Both the position numbers and the translations under genes were made by a program. This document shows, piece by piece, positions 27,239-37,433 of a stretch of 64,000 nt of DNA. This DNA comes from Planctomycetota bacterium. GTDB taxonomy: Bacteria; Planctomycetota; UBA1135. Under the pieces are notes generated by a model. That model did no database searches. It was given only the letters and a program-made list of their open reading frames with translations, and was not told the origin of the DNA. The DNA is taken from assembly GCA_024229395.1 (NCBI GenBank), contig JAAESM010000002.1, forward strand, positions 27,682 to 91,681. Direction: 5' to 3'. Position 1 is the first letter of the stretch. The number at the start of each line of letters is the position of its first letter.

Positions 27239-30200
27239 TTGCTTCTACTTCCCGTCGTAACTCTCCTTTGCGCCGCGCTGCCATGCCAGCAGCCGGGCCC
27301 CGATTACCGCCTTCCGACCGAAGTCTTGCCCGCCACGATTGCGGATGCATCTTCGGAAGGTGAAGATGCCATCGCCGACTTCAAGGTGCCTGAGGGCACG
27401 ATCATCAGCCTGTTCGCGGCCGAACCTATGTTCGCGAACCCGGTTGCTCTTGAGGTTGATGTCTTTGGGCGCGTGTTGGTCGCCGAGACTTTCCGCCAAG
27501 AGACCGAAGGTGTTCCGGATAACCGCACCTTCCCGGAGTGGTTGCAGGATGATTTGCGTTTGCAGACGGTAGAGGAGCGTGCCGAAATGATGCTGCGTCA
27601 TCACCCTGAGTTCGGCACCGAATGGACCGACCGCGAAGACCGCATCACTGCATTGATCGACACCGACGGCGACGGCAAGGCGGATCAATCCACCATTTTC
27701 GCTTCGGGTTTCAGCGGATTGCTCGATGGCACTGGCGCTGGCCTGCTCGCGCGTGGCAATGATGTCTATTACACCTGCATCCCGAAACTCTGGAAGCTGA
27801 CCGACGCCGACCGAGATGGCGTCGCCGAAAGCGGCAGTGCTTTGCATCATGGCTTTGGTGTGCGCGTGGCATTCCGCGGTCACGATATGCATGGTCTGGT
27901 GATTGGTCCCGACAAACGCTTGTACTGGTCGATCGGTGACCGCGGTTACAACGTGATCACCGCCGATGGCAAGGTGCTCGCCGAGCCTGGTCGTGGCGCC
28001 GTGTTCCGCTCCAACCTCGATGGCTCCGACCTTGAGGTCTTCGCTAGCGGTCTGCGCAATCCGCAAGAGCTAGCCTTCGATGATTACGGCAACCTCTTCA
28101 CCGTCGACAACAACTGCGACGCTGGTGACCAAGCGCGTTTGGTCTACTTGATGGAAGGTGGCGATAGCGGTTGGCGGATGAACTTCCAGTACCTGCCCGA
28201 TCGCGGTCCATGGATGAGCGAGGAATGGTGGAAGCCGCAGCCCGATGGCGAGGCGCACCCGGCTTTCCTCAATAAGCCGCTTGAGAACATCACCGCCGGC
28301 CCTTCCGGCATGGCTTCTTATCCTGGCGTTGGCATGGGCCCTGGCATGGAGAATAACTTCTTCATCTGCGATTTCCGCGGTGGCTCCGGCTACAGCGGCA
28401 TCGTGCGCTTCACGGTGGAACCGCAAGGTGGCGGTTTCCGTTTCGGCGAGCAGGAGCAGTTCTGGTGGGGCATGTTGGTGACCGATATGTGCTTCGGTCC
28501 GAACGGCGACATGTACGCCAGCGATTGGGTGCAAGGTTGGATCGGTCCTGGCAAGGGGCGGATTTACCGCGCAACTTTCGAAGGAGCGGATCAGAAACTG
28601 AAGCAAGACACTGCTGCGTTGTTGGCCGGTGACTTCACGACCTTGGGCGCCGATTTCTTGGTGCAGTTGTTGCAGCATCCGGACCGCCGCGTCCGTTTCG
28701 AAGCGCAATGGGAGTTGGTCGATCGCAAGGACGAGACCTCTTTGGTTTCCGCCCTGGTTAACGGCAAGGAAGAATCACGCTTGCAGAGCCTTGCACGCCT
28801 GCATGCCGTTTGGGGTCTAGGCATGTTGTTGCCCGAGTCGGCCCCGGCTTTGACTTTGGTCGCTGCGTTGCAAGATAGTGATCCACTCATTCGCGCAGCT
28901 TCCTTGAAGACCATGCGCGGACACCTGGGAGCCATGCAGCTGGATTCCAGCGGTAAGGCTCAGATCTTTACCGCGCTGAAGGATGTCGACCTGAGGGTTC
29001 GCTGTGAAGCGGCCTTCCTGGTCGGTGAGATGACCGACGCCGGCGCCGGCTTGAAGATTCTTGATGCCCTCGATGAGAAAGCCGCCGAGGATCGTTTCGT
29101 TCTGCACGCGGTTTCCCAAGGCATGGCCAATGCCGTTGATGAAGGAACCCTCATCACCTTCAATGGCAACCCAAGTCGCACCCACCGCATGGCTGCAGTG
29201 TTGGCCTTGCGTTGGCAACAGAGCGCTAAACTTTCGCGCTTTCTTGCTGATAGCGATCCAGTGATCGCTGCTGAAGCAGCTTGTGGCATTTACGACCTCA
29301 ACCTCACGGCGGCTTGGCCAAAGTTGGCGGCAACTTTGAAGCGCCATCAAGACCTACCGCGCTCCATGGTGCGCCGTGCATTGGCCGCGAGTCAGCAACT
29401 TGGTCAACCAGAACACGCGCAGATGATCTTCGACTTCGTCAAGGCTGAAGGCGTCGACGAGAAACTGCTCAAAGAGGCACGCGAGTACATCGTCAATTGG
29501 GATCGCCCTGAAGAGTTCGATCCAATCCTCAATGAATCACGCACCTACGGCAAGCGCGCCGCCGATTGGTTCTACGACAAGGAACTCGATTTCCCGACGG
29601 CTGCAGTACTGGATGCCGTCGACCGTGGCCGCAAGACTTTCGCCGAGAACATGGTGACGGGTTGCACCAAGTGTCACAGCATGAGTGGCGTGACTCCCGA
29701 GGGTGTCTTGAATCCAGCCGGCCCGGACCTCTCGAGCATCGGTAACAAGTTGAGCGAAGAGCAGATTCGCACTTCGATCCTCAATCCGATCGATTCGATC
29801 GCCGAGGGCTATGAGCTTCGCGATGGCGAAGGCAATGTCATGGCATTCTCGACCATGCCTGCCACTTTCGGCACCGCCTTGAGTGAAGAGGAGCTGGATG
29901 ACCTAGTCGCATTCCTGGCAGCGCAACAACAAACGCGCCGCATCCTAGTGCATATCGATTCTCAAGGTTATGAGCATGCAGTCTGCAAGGCTGGCAAAGA
30001 TGGATTGTCGCTGGTCGAGCGCAATATGTTGGCTTGGGCCGAGAAGGATGCGCGTTATGAGATCGTGGTCGATCGCAGTTACGACCGCTTCACCAAAGAT
30101 GGCTTGGCCGAGTTCGATGCGGTGTTCTTCTACACCACCGGCGACCTGCCAATGACCGATGAAATGAAGCAGGCCTTCCTTGATTACGTGCGCGGTGGCG

Positions 30201-31321
30201 GCGTCTTCTCCGGAGCTCACTGCGCCACCGACACCTTCTATCAGTGGGCCGAGTATGGCGACATGATCGGCGGTTACTTCGATGGCCACCCATGGCACGA
30301 AGAAGTGAAGATGGTGGTTGAGAACCCCATGCACCCAGCCACTCGTCACCTGAAGACGGGCTTCACCTTCACCGACGAGATCTACCAGTTCCGTAATCCC
30401 TACAGCCGTTCGCGCCAGAACATCTTGTTGTCGCTCGACACTAAGGCCGCCGACATGACTAAGAAGTCGATCAAGCGCACCGACGGCGATTTCGCCATGA
30501 GTTGGGAACGCGCCGAAGGTGAAGGTGCTGTGTTCTATACCTCGCTCGGTCACCGCGCCGACGTCTGGAACGCCGACTGGTTCCGCATTCACTTGATGGA
30601 AGGAATCCTCACCGCGATCACGCGTCAGCCGGAGCCGCCCGCTGTCGAGGAGCAAGGTTATTACGTCGACCTTGGTGCCGGTCAGAAGATGCGCATGATG
30701 CCGGTCGCTGGCGCTGACAGTAAGACTTTCTGGATCTCCGCGACCGAGGTCACTTGGGAACAGTACGACCGCTTCTTCCTGCGTGAAGATGAGCAGATCG
30801 AGGTCGATGGTGTCACGGGGCCGAGTAAGTCGGTGTTCCCAGTCACGCGCGGTTTTGGTCACGACGGCTTCCCTGCTTTAGGCATGACCTTCAACGCCGC
30901 CAACGAGTTCTGCACTTGGTTGAACCTGAGTGGCCAAGGCACTTTCCGCTTGCCCACCGAAGAAGAATGGAAGATCGCCGCCGGCGCCGCCCCGGGCGCA
31001 GATGCAGTCGATGGCTTCGCTTGGCACTCAGTCAACTCCAAGACCGAGCCGCATCGTGTCGGCGATAGGGAGCCGAACCGCTTTGGTATCCACGACATGT
31101 TCGGCAACGTTGCCGAGTGGGTGACCAGCAGTAACCCGAAGGGCCGCCTGATGGGCGGCAGTTATCAGGATCCCGCTAGCGCGATGAACCCGGATAACTT
31201 TGATGATTACCACATCTCTTGGCAGGAGCGCGATCCGCAGTGGCCAAAGAGCATCTGGTGGATGTCGGATGGCGGTTTCTCCGGCTTCCGCATTGTTACT
31301 CTTGATGGTCCAGCGGATTGA
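27239..31321 (+). CDS. PVC-type multidomain membrane-associated dehydrogenase: beta-propeller, HEAT repeats, cytochrome c, ThuA-like and FGE/SUMF1-like domains
   Basis: SGLRNPQELAFDDYGN propeller; CTKCH...GPDLS.IG heme site; ThuA HCATDT, FDGHPW, YTSLGH; FGE-like RLPTEEEW, DMFGNVAEW, GFRI. Confidence 0.88.
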   Translation: MLLLPVVTLLCAALPCQQPGPDYRLPTEVLPATIADASSEGEDAIADFKVPEGTIISLFAAEPMFANPVALEVDVFGRVLVAETFRQETEGVPDNRTFPEWLQDDLRLQTVEERAEMMLRHHPEFGTEWTDREDRITALIDTDGDGKADQSTIFASGFSGLLDGTGAGLLARGNDVYYTCIPKLWKLTDADRDGVAESGSALHHGFGVRVAFRGHDMHGLVIGPDKRLYWSIGDRGYNVITADGKVLAEPGRGAVFRSNLDGSDLEVFASGLRNPQELAFDDYGNLFTVDNNCDAGDQARLVYLMEGGDSGWRMNFQYLPDRGPWMSEEWWKPQPDGEAHPAFLNKPLENITAGPSGMASYPGVGMGPGMENNFFICDFRGGSGYSGIVRFTVEPQGGGFRFGEQEQFWWGMLVTDMCFGPNGDMYASDWVQGWIGPGKGRIYRATFEGADQKLKQDTAALLAGDFTTLGADFLVQLLQHPDRRVRFEAQWELVDRKDETSLVSALVNGKEESRLQSLARLHAVWGLGMLLPESAPALTLVAALQDSDPLIRAASLKTMRGHLGAMQLDSSGKAQIFTALKDVDLRVRCEAAFLVGEMTDAGAGLKILDALDEKAAEDRFVLHAVSQGMANAVDEGTLITFNGNPSRTHRMAAVLALRWQQSAKLSRFLADSDPVIAAEAACGIYDLNLTAAWPKLAATLKRHQDLPRSMVRRALAASQQLGQPEHAQMIFDFVKAEGVDEKLLKEAREYIVNWDRPEEFDPILNESRTYGKRAADWFYDKELDFPTAAVLDAVDRGRKTFAENMVTGCTKCHSMSGVTPEGVLNPAGPDLSSIGNKLSEEQIRTSILNPIDSIAEGYELRDGEGNVMAFSTMPATFGTALSEEELDDLVAFLAAQQQTRRILVHIDSQGYEHAVCKAGKDGLSLVERNMLAWAEKDARYEIVVDRSYDRFTKDGLAEFDAVFFYTTGDLPMTDEMKQAFLDYVRGGGVFSGAHCATDTFYQWAEYGDMIGGYFDGHPWHEEVKMVVENPMHPATRHLKTGFTFTDEIYQFRNPYSRSRQNILLSLDTKAADMTKKSIKRTDGDFAMSWERAEGEGAVFYTSLGHRADVWNADWFRIHLMEGILTAITRQPEPPAVEEQGYYVDLGAGQKMRMMPVAGADSKTFWISATEVTWEQYDRFFLREDEQIEVDGVTGPSKSVFPVTRGFGHDGFPALGMTFNAANEFCTWLNLSGQGTFRLPTEEEWKIAAGAAPGADAVDGFAWHSVNSKTEPHRVGDREPNRFGIHDMFGNVAEWVTSSNPKGRLMGGSYQDPASAMNPDNFDDYHISWQERDPQWPKSIWWMSDGGFSGFRIVTLDGPAD

Positions 31322-31410
31322 CCCGCTGACCCGAACGCGTCAGCCTCGCTGGCTTGAGCCGCATCACTCGCCCGCCGACCAAAAACAGTTTCCCTAAACA
31401 CTTCGAACCG

Positions 31411-32688
31411 ATGACCCACGAACTTCCAAGACGACAGTTTCTCAAAGCAACAGGAGCAGGCGTTGCCGCATTGCCATTCGCTGGCCTTGCATCGCCACTC
31501 GCAGGCAAGCCGATGGCCGGTCCACTACGCGTGGGTTTGGTCGGTTGTGGTGGCCGCGGTACCGGCGCAGCCATGCAGGCGCTGAACGCTGATAAGGAGG
31601 TGATCCTCTGGTCCGTCGGCGATCTCTTTGCCGACCGCCTCGAGAGCAGCTTGTCCGGCCTGAAGGAAAACTTCGGCGACCGCGTGCAGATTCCTGAAGA
31701 GCGTCGCTTCGTCGGCTTCGATGCCTACAAGAAGGTCATCGAGCAGGTCGATGTGATTCTGTTCGCCACGCCACCAGCTTTCCGCCCAATGCATCTCGCC
31801 GCAGCGATCGAAGCCGATCTGCATGTGTTCTGCGAGAAGCCGATCGCAGTCGATGCCCATGGTGTACGTTCGGTCTTGGCAACCGCCAAGCTCGCGCAGG
31901 AGAAAGGCTTGTCGTTAGCAAGTGGTTTCTGCTGGCGCGCTGCGAATGGTCACCGCGCAATCTACAACAAGGTCCATCAAGGCGGCATCGGCGATGTCCG
32001 CCATGTCTACGGCACCTACTTGGGTGGCGGTCTTTGGTACAAGAAGCGTCAAGAGAACTGGACCGACATGGAGTACCAGTTGCGCAACTGGCTGTACTAC
32101 ACCGCGATCTCTGGCGACCACATCGCCGAACAAGCAGTGCACAGTGTCGACAAGATCATGTGGGCCAAGAACGATGTGCCACCGGTGAGCTGCACCGCGA
32201 TTGGCGGTCGTGAAGTACGCACCGAAGAGAAGTGGGGCAACATTTATGACCACTTCGGCGTGATGTACGAATGGGCCGATGGCTCCATGGGTCACTTGCA
32301 GTGCCGTCAGCAAAACGGCGCGCATTCGGAGAACCTCGACCGCATTCTCGGTTCTAACGGCGTGGCTTATGTCGATGGTTGGGCCGGCAAGTTCATCATC
32401 AAGGGCGACACTCCTTGGCAGTACGACGGTCCTGGTAACAACATGTACCAGACTGAGCACGATGAACTGTTCGCGAGCATTCGCTCTGGCGGCGCCATGA
32501 ACCAAGGCCAGGATATGGCACACAGCACCTTGGCCGCCTTGATGGGGCGCATGTCGGCTTACACCGGTCAGCGCATCACATGGGAGCAGGCGTTGAACTC
32601 GGAGGAGCGTCTCACGCCAGATAAGTGGGAGTTCGGTCCAGGTCTGCCAGCACCAATCTCGAAGCCAGGCCAGACCAAGTTCCTCTAA
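31411..32688 (+). CDS. Tat-exported Gfo/Idh/MocA oxidoreductase
   Basis: PRRQFLK; GLVGCGGRGTGA; ATPP.FRP.H; EKP; EQAVHSVD. Confidence 0.92.
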   Translation: MTHELPRRQFLKATGAGVAALPFAGLASPLAGKPMAGPLRVGLVGCGGRGTGAAMQALNADKEVILWSVGDLFADRLESSLSGLKENFGDRVQIPEERRFVGFDAYKKVIEQVDVILFATPPAFRPMHLAAAIEADLHVFCEKPIAVDAHGVRSVLATAKLAQEKGLSLASGFCWRAANGHRAIYNKVHQGGIGDVRHVYGTYLGGGLWYKKRQENWTDMEYQLRNWLYYTAISGDHIAEQAVHSVDKIMWAKNDVPPVSCTAIGGREVRTEEKWGNIYDHFGVMYEWADGSMGHLQCRQQNGAHSENLDRILGSNGVAYVDGWAGKFIIKGDTPWQYDGPGNNMYQTEHDELFASIRSGGAMNQGQDMAHSTLAALMGRMSAYTGQRITWEQALNSEERLTPDKWEFGPGLPAPISKPGQTKFL

Positions 32689-32702
32689 GCTCGGCAAGAA
32701 AC

Positions 32703-32743
32703 AAAAGCGGCCCTGGATCGTGCGTCGATCCAGGGCCGCTTTT
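32703..32743. terminator. Bidirectional intrinsic terminator
   Basis: AAAAGCGGCCCTGGATCG-tgcgt-CGATCCAGGGCCGCTTTT perfect inverted repeat between convergent genes. Confidence 0.92.
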
Positions 32744-32771
32744 CAATTACCGATCCGATTCAGAAACGGAA

Positions 32772-34427
32772 TCACGGCACGAAGGAAATCGGCACGGCCA
32801 TCGAGGAAGCACGCACGCCAGCACCGTCGGAGCTGACTACAGCGAAGTTCAACGTGGTTCCAATCCGATCATCCATCACGTGTGGCGGCAGGTAGAAGAC
32901 GACTCGTGCATCACCCGCGATATCCAGTTGTCCTTGCTGGCCAGGGAACATGGGGTTGCCGCCGACCATGCGATGCAGAATTCTATCGTTGCTCAGTGGC
33001 ACGAATACGCCGTCTAGTTTGATTGGGCCGAGGCCAGCGCTTGCCAAAATCAAGTATCGGCGGAACTGTTCACTCGACGGGAAGTCAATCTGGAAAGTCA
33101 TGAAGCCGCCATCATTTGCACTGAATTGATCTTCGCTGGTGCTCAAGACCGTGTGGATTCCATAGACCGCCACGCGACCGGCATTCAAGCCAGCAGCCGT
33201 ATCGGCCAACGGCGCACCGCAAACCAAGTCCGGCAATCCATCACCGTTCAGATCCATGCCACCGTCCATTGCGGTGCCGACGGCCGCCATCTCCAGCGTA
33301 CCCTCGATCTCCCACAAGAGTTCACTTCCGACGCCGTCAAAGATTTCAATATGGCCGTAACCGGTCTTGTAGGAATGCACGGTCAACTCAGCATGACCAT
33401 CGCCATTGATATCGCCACTGCCTAATTGCGATCCAAAGACATGGAAGTTTCCTTCACCAGTGAGTGTGCGCAATTCGGTGCCGGCGACCGCGGAATAGAT
33501 CTTCACCTGTCCGACGTTGAAGGAGGCGATGCTTGCGGCGTAATGCGGAGCAGCCACCGCGAGTTCCTCGATTCCATCGCCATCGGCATCGCTGACTGCT
33601 GCCAGTGAAGAACCGAATCTCGAGGCGACAGTGCTGACGCTGCCGGTGGCGCTGAAGACTTGGAGGCCAGTAAGGGCATCGAATACTGTTGCTTCTCCAC
33701 CGAGCGCGGTGTCGGGCGCACCGACTGCAAGGAGGTGCGCAGGGTCGAGTCCGCTGCCTCCTGGAGTTGGCGGCGCCATCGCCAATCCGGCAAGGGAATA
33801 ACCGAAGTGATCGCCTGCACTGGCACCATGGAAACTACCCATCAAGCTGCGAGTCATGCCGGAGTAAACAAAAACCGAGCCGGCTTCCTGCACACCGTTG
33901 GGCGAATCATTCGGCGCACCGATCGCGAAGTCATTGACACCGTCAAGATTGATATCGCCCAAGTTCACCGTTGACCAACCGAAGGCGCTTCCGGAAGGGC
34001 CATCAAGGATATCTAGCCTATTCTCGGGGAAGACATCAAAGACGTAGGTGGCGTCTTCCCCAGGTGCTCCAATCAAGATGTCTTCCGTGTTGCTTCCGGG
34101 GAGGTAGCCCACAGGGGCAATGGACCAACCGAACAAGCTGTCGGAGAACCTACCGTAGAAGGAAGTGGTGTAGGAACTGCCGCCGCCGCAGTGCAAATGT
34201 ACGGCACCTCGAGCGTCGTTGTTGGATACATCCTCGTATGGAGCGCCAACAAGGACATCGTTGTAGTCATCCCAGTTGACATCTTCAATGACCGCAACGG
34301 CCTGGCCAAAGCCTGACCCAGCTGCGGCCGAATCAATCGCGTTGTGGCCGGCGAAGACGCCCCCTTGGTTCTGGGCGGCCAGCGGAGTGGCCAAGGTGAG
34401 GGCAATAATCGATAGGGGATATGCCAT
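32772..34427 (-). CDS. Secreted FG-GAP / integrin-alpha beta-propeller repeat protein
   Basis: Signal peptide; repeated FG...D.NGDG..D..VGAP motifs. Confidence 0.9.
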   Translation of the reverse strand: MAYPLSIIALTLATPLAAQNQGGVFAGHNAIDSAAAGSGFGQAVAVIEDVNWDDYNDVLVGAPYEDVSNNDARGAVHLHCGGGSSYTTSFYGRFSDSLFGWSIAPVGYLPGSNTEDILIGAPGEDATYVFDVFPENRLDILDGPSGSAFGWSTVNLGDINLDGVNDFAIGAPNDSPNGVQEAGSVFVYSGMTRSLMGSFHGASAGDHFGYSLAGLAMAPPTPGGSGLDPAHLLAVGAPDTALGGEATVFDALTGLQVFSATGSVSTVASRFGSSLAAVSDADGDGIEELAVAAPHYAASIASFNVGQVKIYSAVAGTELRTLTGEGNFHVFGSQLGSGDINGDGHAELTVHSYKTGYGHIEIFDGVGSELLWEIEGTLEMAAVGTAMDGGMDLNGDGLPDLVCGAPLADTAAGLNAGRVAVYGIHTVLSTSEDQFSANDGGFMTFQIDFPSSEQFRRYLILASAGLGPIKLDGVFVPLSNDRILHRMVGGNPMFPGQQGQLDIAGDARVVFYLPPHVMDDRIGTTLNFAVVSSDGAGVRASSMAVPISFVP

Positions 34428-34477
34428 CTCAATAGGATATCGGAAAAACTGGAACCCCCCTAGGTCAATCCAGGAGC

Positions 34478-36208
34478 TTAATCCTCAAGCTCAATCCACG
34501 GAACTGCCCTAGGGTCGAGGTAGGAGTTGTCGCCCCCACCATTTCCCTCGCCGCCTTCGGCGTAACCGAGCTCTGCCAAGGTCAGTTTTTCGCCAGCGGA
34601 TAGCTCAGCGGAAACCAGAGCGTTCATGTCGCGCTCGATGATCCAGCCATTTGCGTTCATGCGCGCACGCATCTCATCGAACAGGGCGCGCTGATCCTTG
34701 GCAATGTTGTGGTGCTCACCAGGGTCGGCAGGCAAGTGGAACAACCAGCCGCGTTTCGGCGACAGTTCATTCTGCCACATGGCCGATACGATCATTTTGT
34801 AGCCACCGTCGCGGAAGGCGCGCAACGCACCGGCCGGTCCAGACAGCGGAGAACCGAGGTGATCGGTCTCAGAGAAGGCCGGGCGATTTTGTTGCTTGGC
34901 GGCCTTAGTGAAGAAAGGGGTCAGTGATTCGCCAGCCATAGGCAGCGCGCCTTCGGGCCAATCGAGTCCGGCGGCATCGAGCAGGGTGGGAAGCACATCA
35001 AGATGGCGCACCTGCTCTCCGTGGCTGCCCGCACTCCAACCCATCTTCTCACCGAGTGCTGGGCTCCACGCGAATTGCAGAGGTACCAAGATCAACTCGT
35101 CGTAGAGAGAATGGCCATGGCCAAGGTCGCCGTGATCGAGGAACTCTTCGCCGTGGTCAGAAACGATCACCACCAAGATGTCGTCGCGCTCGGCCAACAG
35201 CCCCTCAACGAACTCACCGACCTGGTCATCCAAGTAACGGATCTCTTCGGCGTAGGACAGGCGCAAGCTTTCGACTTCTTCCGGAGTGAAGGTGCCCACC
35301 TCTTGATTGCGGAAGGCAACTTCAGCGGGGCCATCCAGGTGCGCTTCAACACCAGTCCGGTTGAACATGCCGGCGTACTTCGGCGACGGGTCGTAAGGGT
35401 AGTGCGCGTCGTTGAGGTGCAGATATAGGAAGGAGGCGCGGTCAGAAGCGGCCAGCCATTTTTTAGCCGTGGCGATTAGCGGATCGGCGGTGCTGGTGGC
35501 ATCGTGCACGAAGTACTGGAAGCCAGGCGCGAATCCAAACACTGGCGTGATGTTCGGATTCGAAGAAAGCGCCAAGGTGCGGTAACCGCCGGAGGCGAAG
35601 GACTCGCCCGCGGTGCGCATCTTTGGGTTCAGGAAAGTGCTGCGCGTGGTGGCCTCATGTGCCGACGGCAACTGGCTGGTCATCAAGGTGCCGACCGAAG
35701 GCTTGGTCCAAGGAGCTTGGGTGATAGTCTGCGTGAAGGCAGCACCATTGCGCGCAAGAGCATCCAAGCGCGGAGAAGTGTCCAACTCACTGCCGCCCCA
35801 GCCGACGTGGTCTAGGCGCAGCGAATCCAACAGGATGAAAACGACCGTTGGCTTGTCGTCGGCGTTTGGCGACAGCACTCGGCTCAGGGCTTGCGGCATC
35901 AGCGCCAAAGCTACACACAGCAAACAGACGACCGGTTTACCGACAAAATCGAAGGCCGTATGGAAAGGACGCAGGAGTGCTGAACGGTTAGACTTGGTCA
36001 GGGCTGCCACTATTACGACCAGGAAAGCCAACGCAGCCGCATACATCAAGCGCCGACCACCAGGATCGGAAGCCCAAGTGAGCCAGAAAAGCCAACCGTC
36101 GCCGGTCTCCGCCCATCCTTCGGAAGACCACATTCCGAACGCCCGCCAGGAGCCGGTGAGCGCCGACGCTAGTGCGACCGAAGAAACCAAGAACAGTAGT
36201 TTTGCCAT
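34478..36208 (-). CDS. Membrane-anchored sulfatase-like hydrolase/transferase (alkaline phosphatase superfamily)
   Basis: LLDSLRLDH, APWTKPS, DAHYPY, SDHGEEF..HG; N-terminal TM segments. Confidence 0.87.
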   Translation of the reverse strand: MAKLLFLVSSVALASALTGSWRAFGMWSSEGWAETGDGWLFWLTWASDPGGRRLMYAAALAFLVVIVAALTKSNRSALLRPFHTAFDFVGKPVVCLLCVALALMPQALSRVLSPNADDKPTVVFILLDSLRLDHVGWGGSELDTSPRLDALARNGAAFTQTITQAPWTKPSVGTLMTSQLPSAHEATTRSTFLNPKMRTAGESFASGGYRTLALSSNPNITPVFGFAPGFQYFVHDATSTADPLIATAKKWLAASDRASFLYLHLNDAHYPYDPSPKYAGMFNRTGVEAHLDGPAEVAFRNQEVGTFTPEEVESLRLSYAEEIRYLDDQVGEFVEGLLAERDDILVVIVSDHGEEFLDHGDLGHGHSLYDELILVPLQFAWSPALGEKMGWSAGSHGEQVRHLDVLPTLLDAAGLDWPEGALPMAGESLTPFFTKAAKQQNRPAFSETDHLGSPLSGPAGALRAFRDGGYKMIVSAMWQNELSPKRGWLFHLPADPGEHHNIAKDQRALFDEMRARMNANGWIIERDMNALVSAELSAGEKLTLAELGYAEGGEGNGGGDNSYLDPRAVPWIELED

Positions 36209-37361
36209 GGATGTGAAACAGTATATCCCACGTGTGAGGCTTCCTAAGGATTCTGACACGGTGGAATACTTTCATGCCAAGCACGAGGACGGCCCCTCGA
36301 TTAATGCCTTGTACAACAAGGTTTTCCAGCAGAGCCGCAACCTAGACCACTACGAGTGGAAATACTGGCGCAATCCAGCCGGCCCGCCGATGGGAATGCT
36401 TGCGCGCAGTAAGGAAAATGGCCACTGTCTCGCTATCGGCATTGGCCAACGCCGCCGTGCATGGGTAGATGGCAAGGATAGTTATGGGGCATTGTTGTGC
36501 GAGAGCGCCTCGGATCCCGATAACCGTGCTGCCGGAGGTGTATGGCGCAAGGTCATGGGTGGTTTTGGTGTGACCACCAATGATGTGCATGGCATCGTTT
36601 GGGCCTATGGCGGCCAATCTACAGATGCAGCCATCAAGATCGGCACACGCTGGTTCGGCTACCGCATCATGATAGAACTGGTGCCCTGGGAAGTTCGTCT
36701 TGGCACACGGTCCTCCTTGCGTCGTCATTTAGGCATGTTTGACGCTCTTCTGGGCTCGATCTCAGCCCCGATCTTGGATTTAGTTATCCGCACATGTTGG
36801 CGCCAACGCAAATTCGGCGTGCAAACTGTGGAGGTGGATCGTTTCGGCCCCGAGTTCGATGAACTCTGGGAGCGTTACCGCGACCTCTACCCAGCATGCT
36901 TCTACCGCGATGCTGAAACACTGAATTGGCGTTACATCGACAACCCCCTGTGGAAGCACCGGGTCGTCGAAGCGCGCCGCGATGGCAAGCTCGTCGGCTA
37001 CCTCGTTTGGCGCGAATGGAAAGATCAAGGTGCGATGATCTCCACCGTGTTGGATTTCTGGCATGGCAAGGATCAGGAAGTCATGCAAACCTTGATCGAC
37101 GTCGTCCGCCGCAAAGCCCTGATCAGTCGCTGCGAATTCCTGCGCTTTGCCCTGCAAGAAGGTGGGCCGGAACACGAGGCCTTCCAATCCTTCCGCACCG
37201 GCCGCAAGAGCCCACACGAACGCGTCGACAAGATCATCTGCACTCCAATGCCAGGCTCCAAACCAATGGATCAGCCTGACGAGGCTTATGAACAACTTCG
37301 CACGGTTTTGTTCGGCGAGAACTGGTATTACACCCAGGGCGACTGCGATTTCCGTGATTAA
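36207..37361 (+). CDS. GNAT-fold N-acyltransferase-like protein (paralog 1)
   Basis: Colinear similarity to the next gene starts at ATG 36207; WKY..NP, RD..TLNWRY..NP, GYLVWRE, GDCDFRD. Confidence 0.75.
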   Translation: MDVKQYIPRVRLPKDSDTVEYFHAKHEDGPSINALYNKVFQQSRNLDHYEWKYWRNPAGPPMGMLARSKENGHCLAIGIGQRRRAWVDGKDSYGALLCESASDPDNRAAGGVWRKVMGGFGVTTNDVHGIVWAYGGQSTDAAIKIGTRWFGYRIMIELVPWEVRLGTRSSLRRHLGMFDALLGSISAPILDLVIRTCWRQRKFGVQTVEVDRFGPEFDELWERYRDLYPACFYRDAETLNWRYIDNPLWKHRVVEARRDGKLVGYLVWREWKDQGAMISTVLDFWHGKDQEVMQTLIDVVRRKALISRCEFLRFALQEGGPEHEAFQSFRTGRKSPHERVDKIICTPMPGSKPMDQPDEAYEQLRTVLFGENWYYTQGDCDFRD

Positions 37362-37433
37362 TTCGATCGTCAGGCGTGTAGGATATTCCGCACAGAGTTT
37401 GCGAGTATCCTCGTGAGTTGAAACCTACCTCCG

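Noticed and set aside
35613..36206. 198-codon N-terminal extension of the first GNAT ORF (582 aa in the ORF track)
   Set aside because: It lies antisense to the sulfatase-like gene, and similarity to the paralog starts only at ATG 36207
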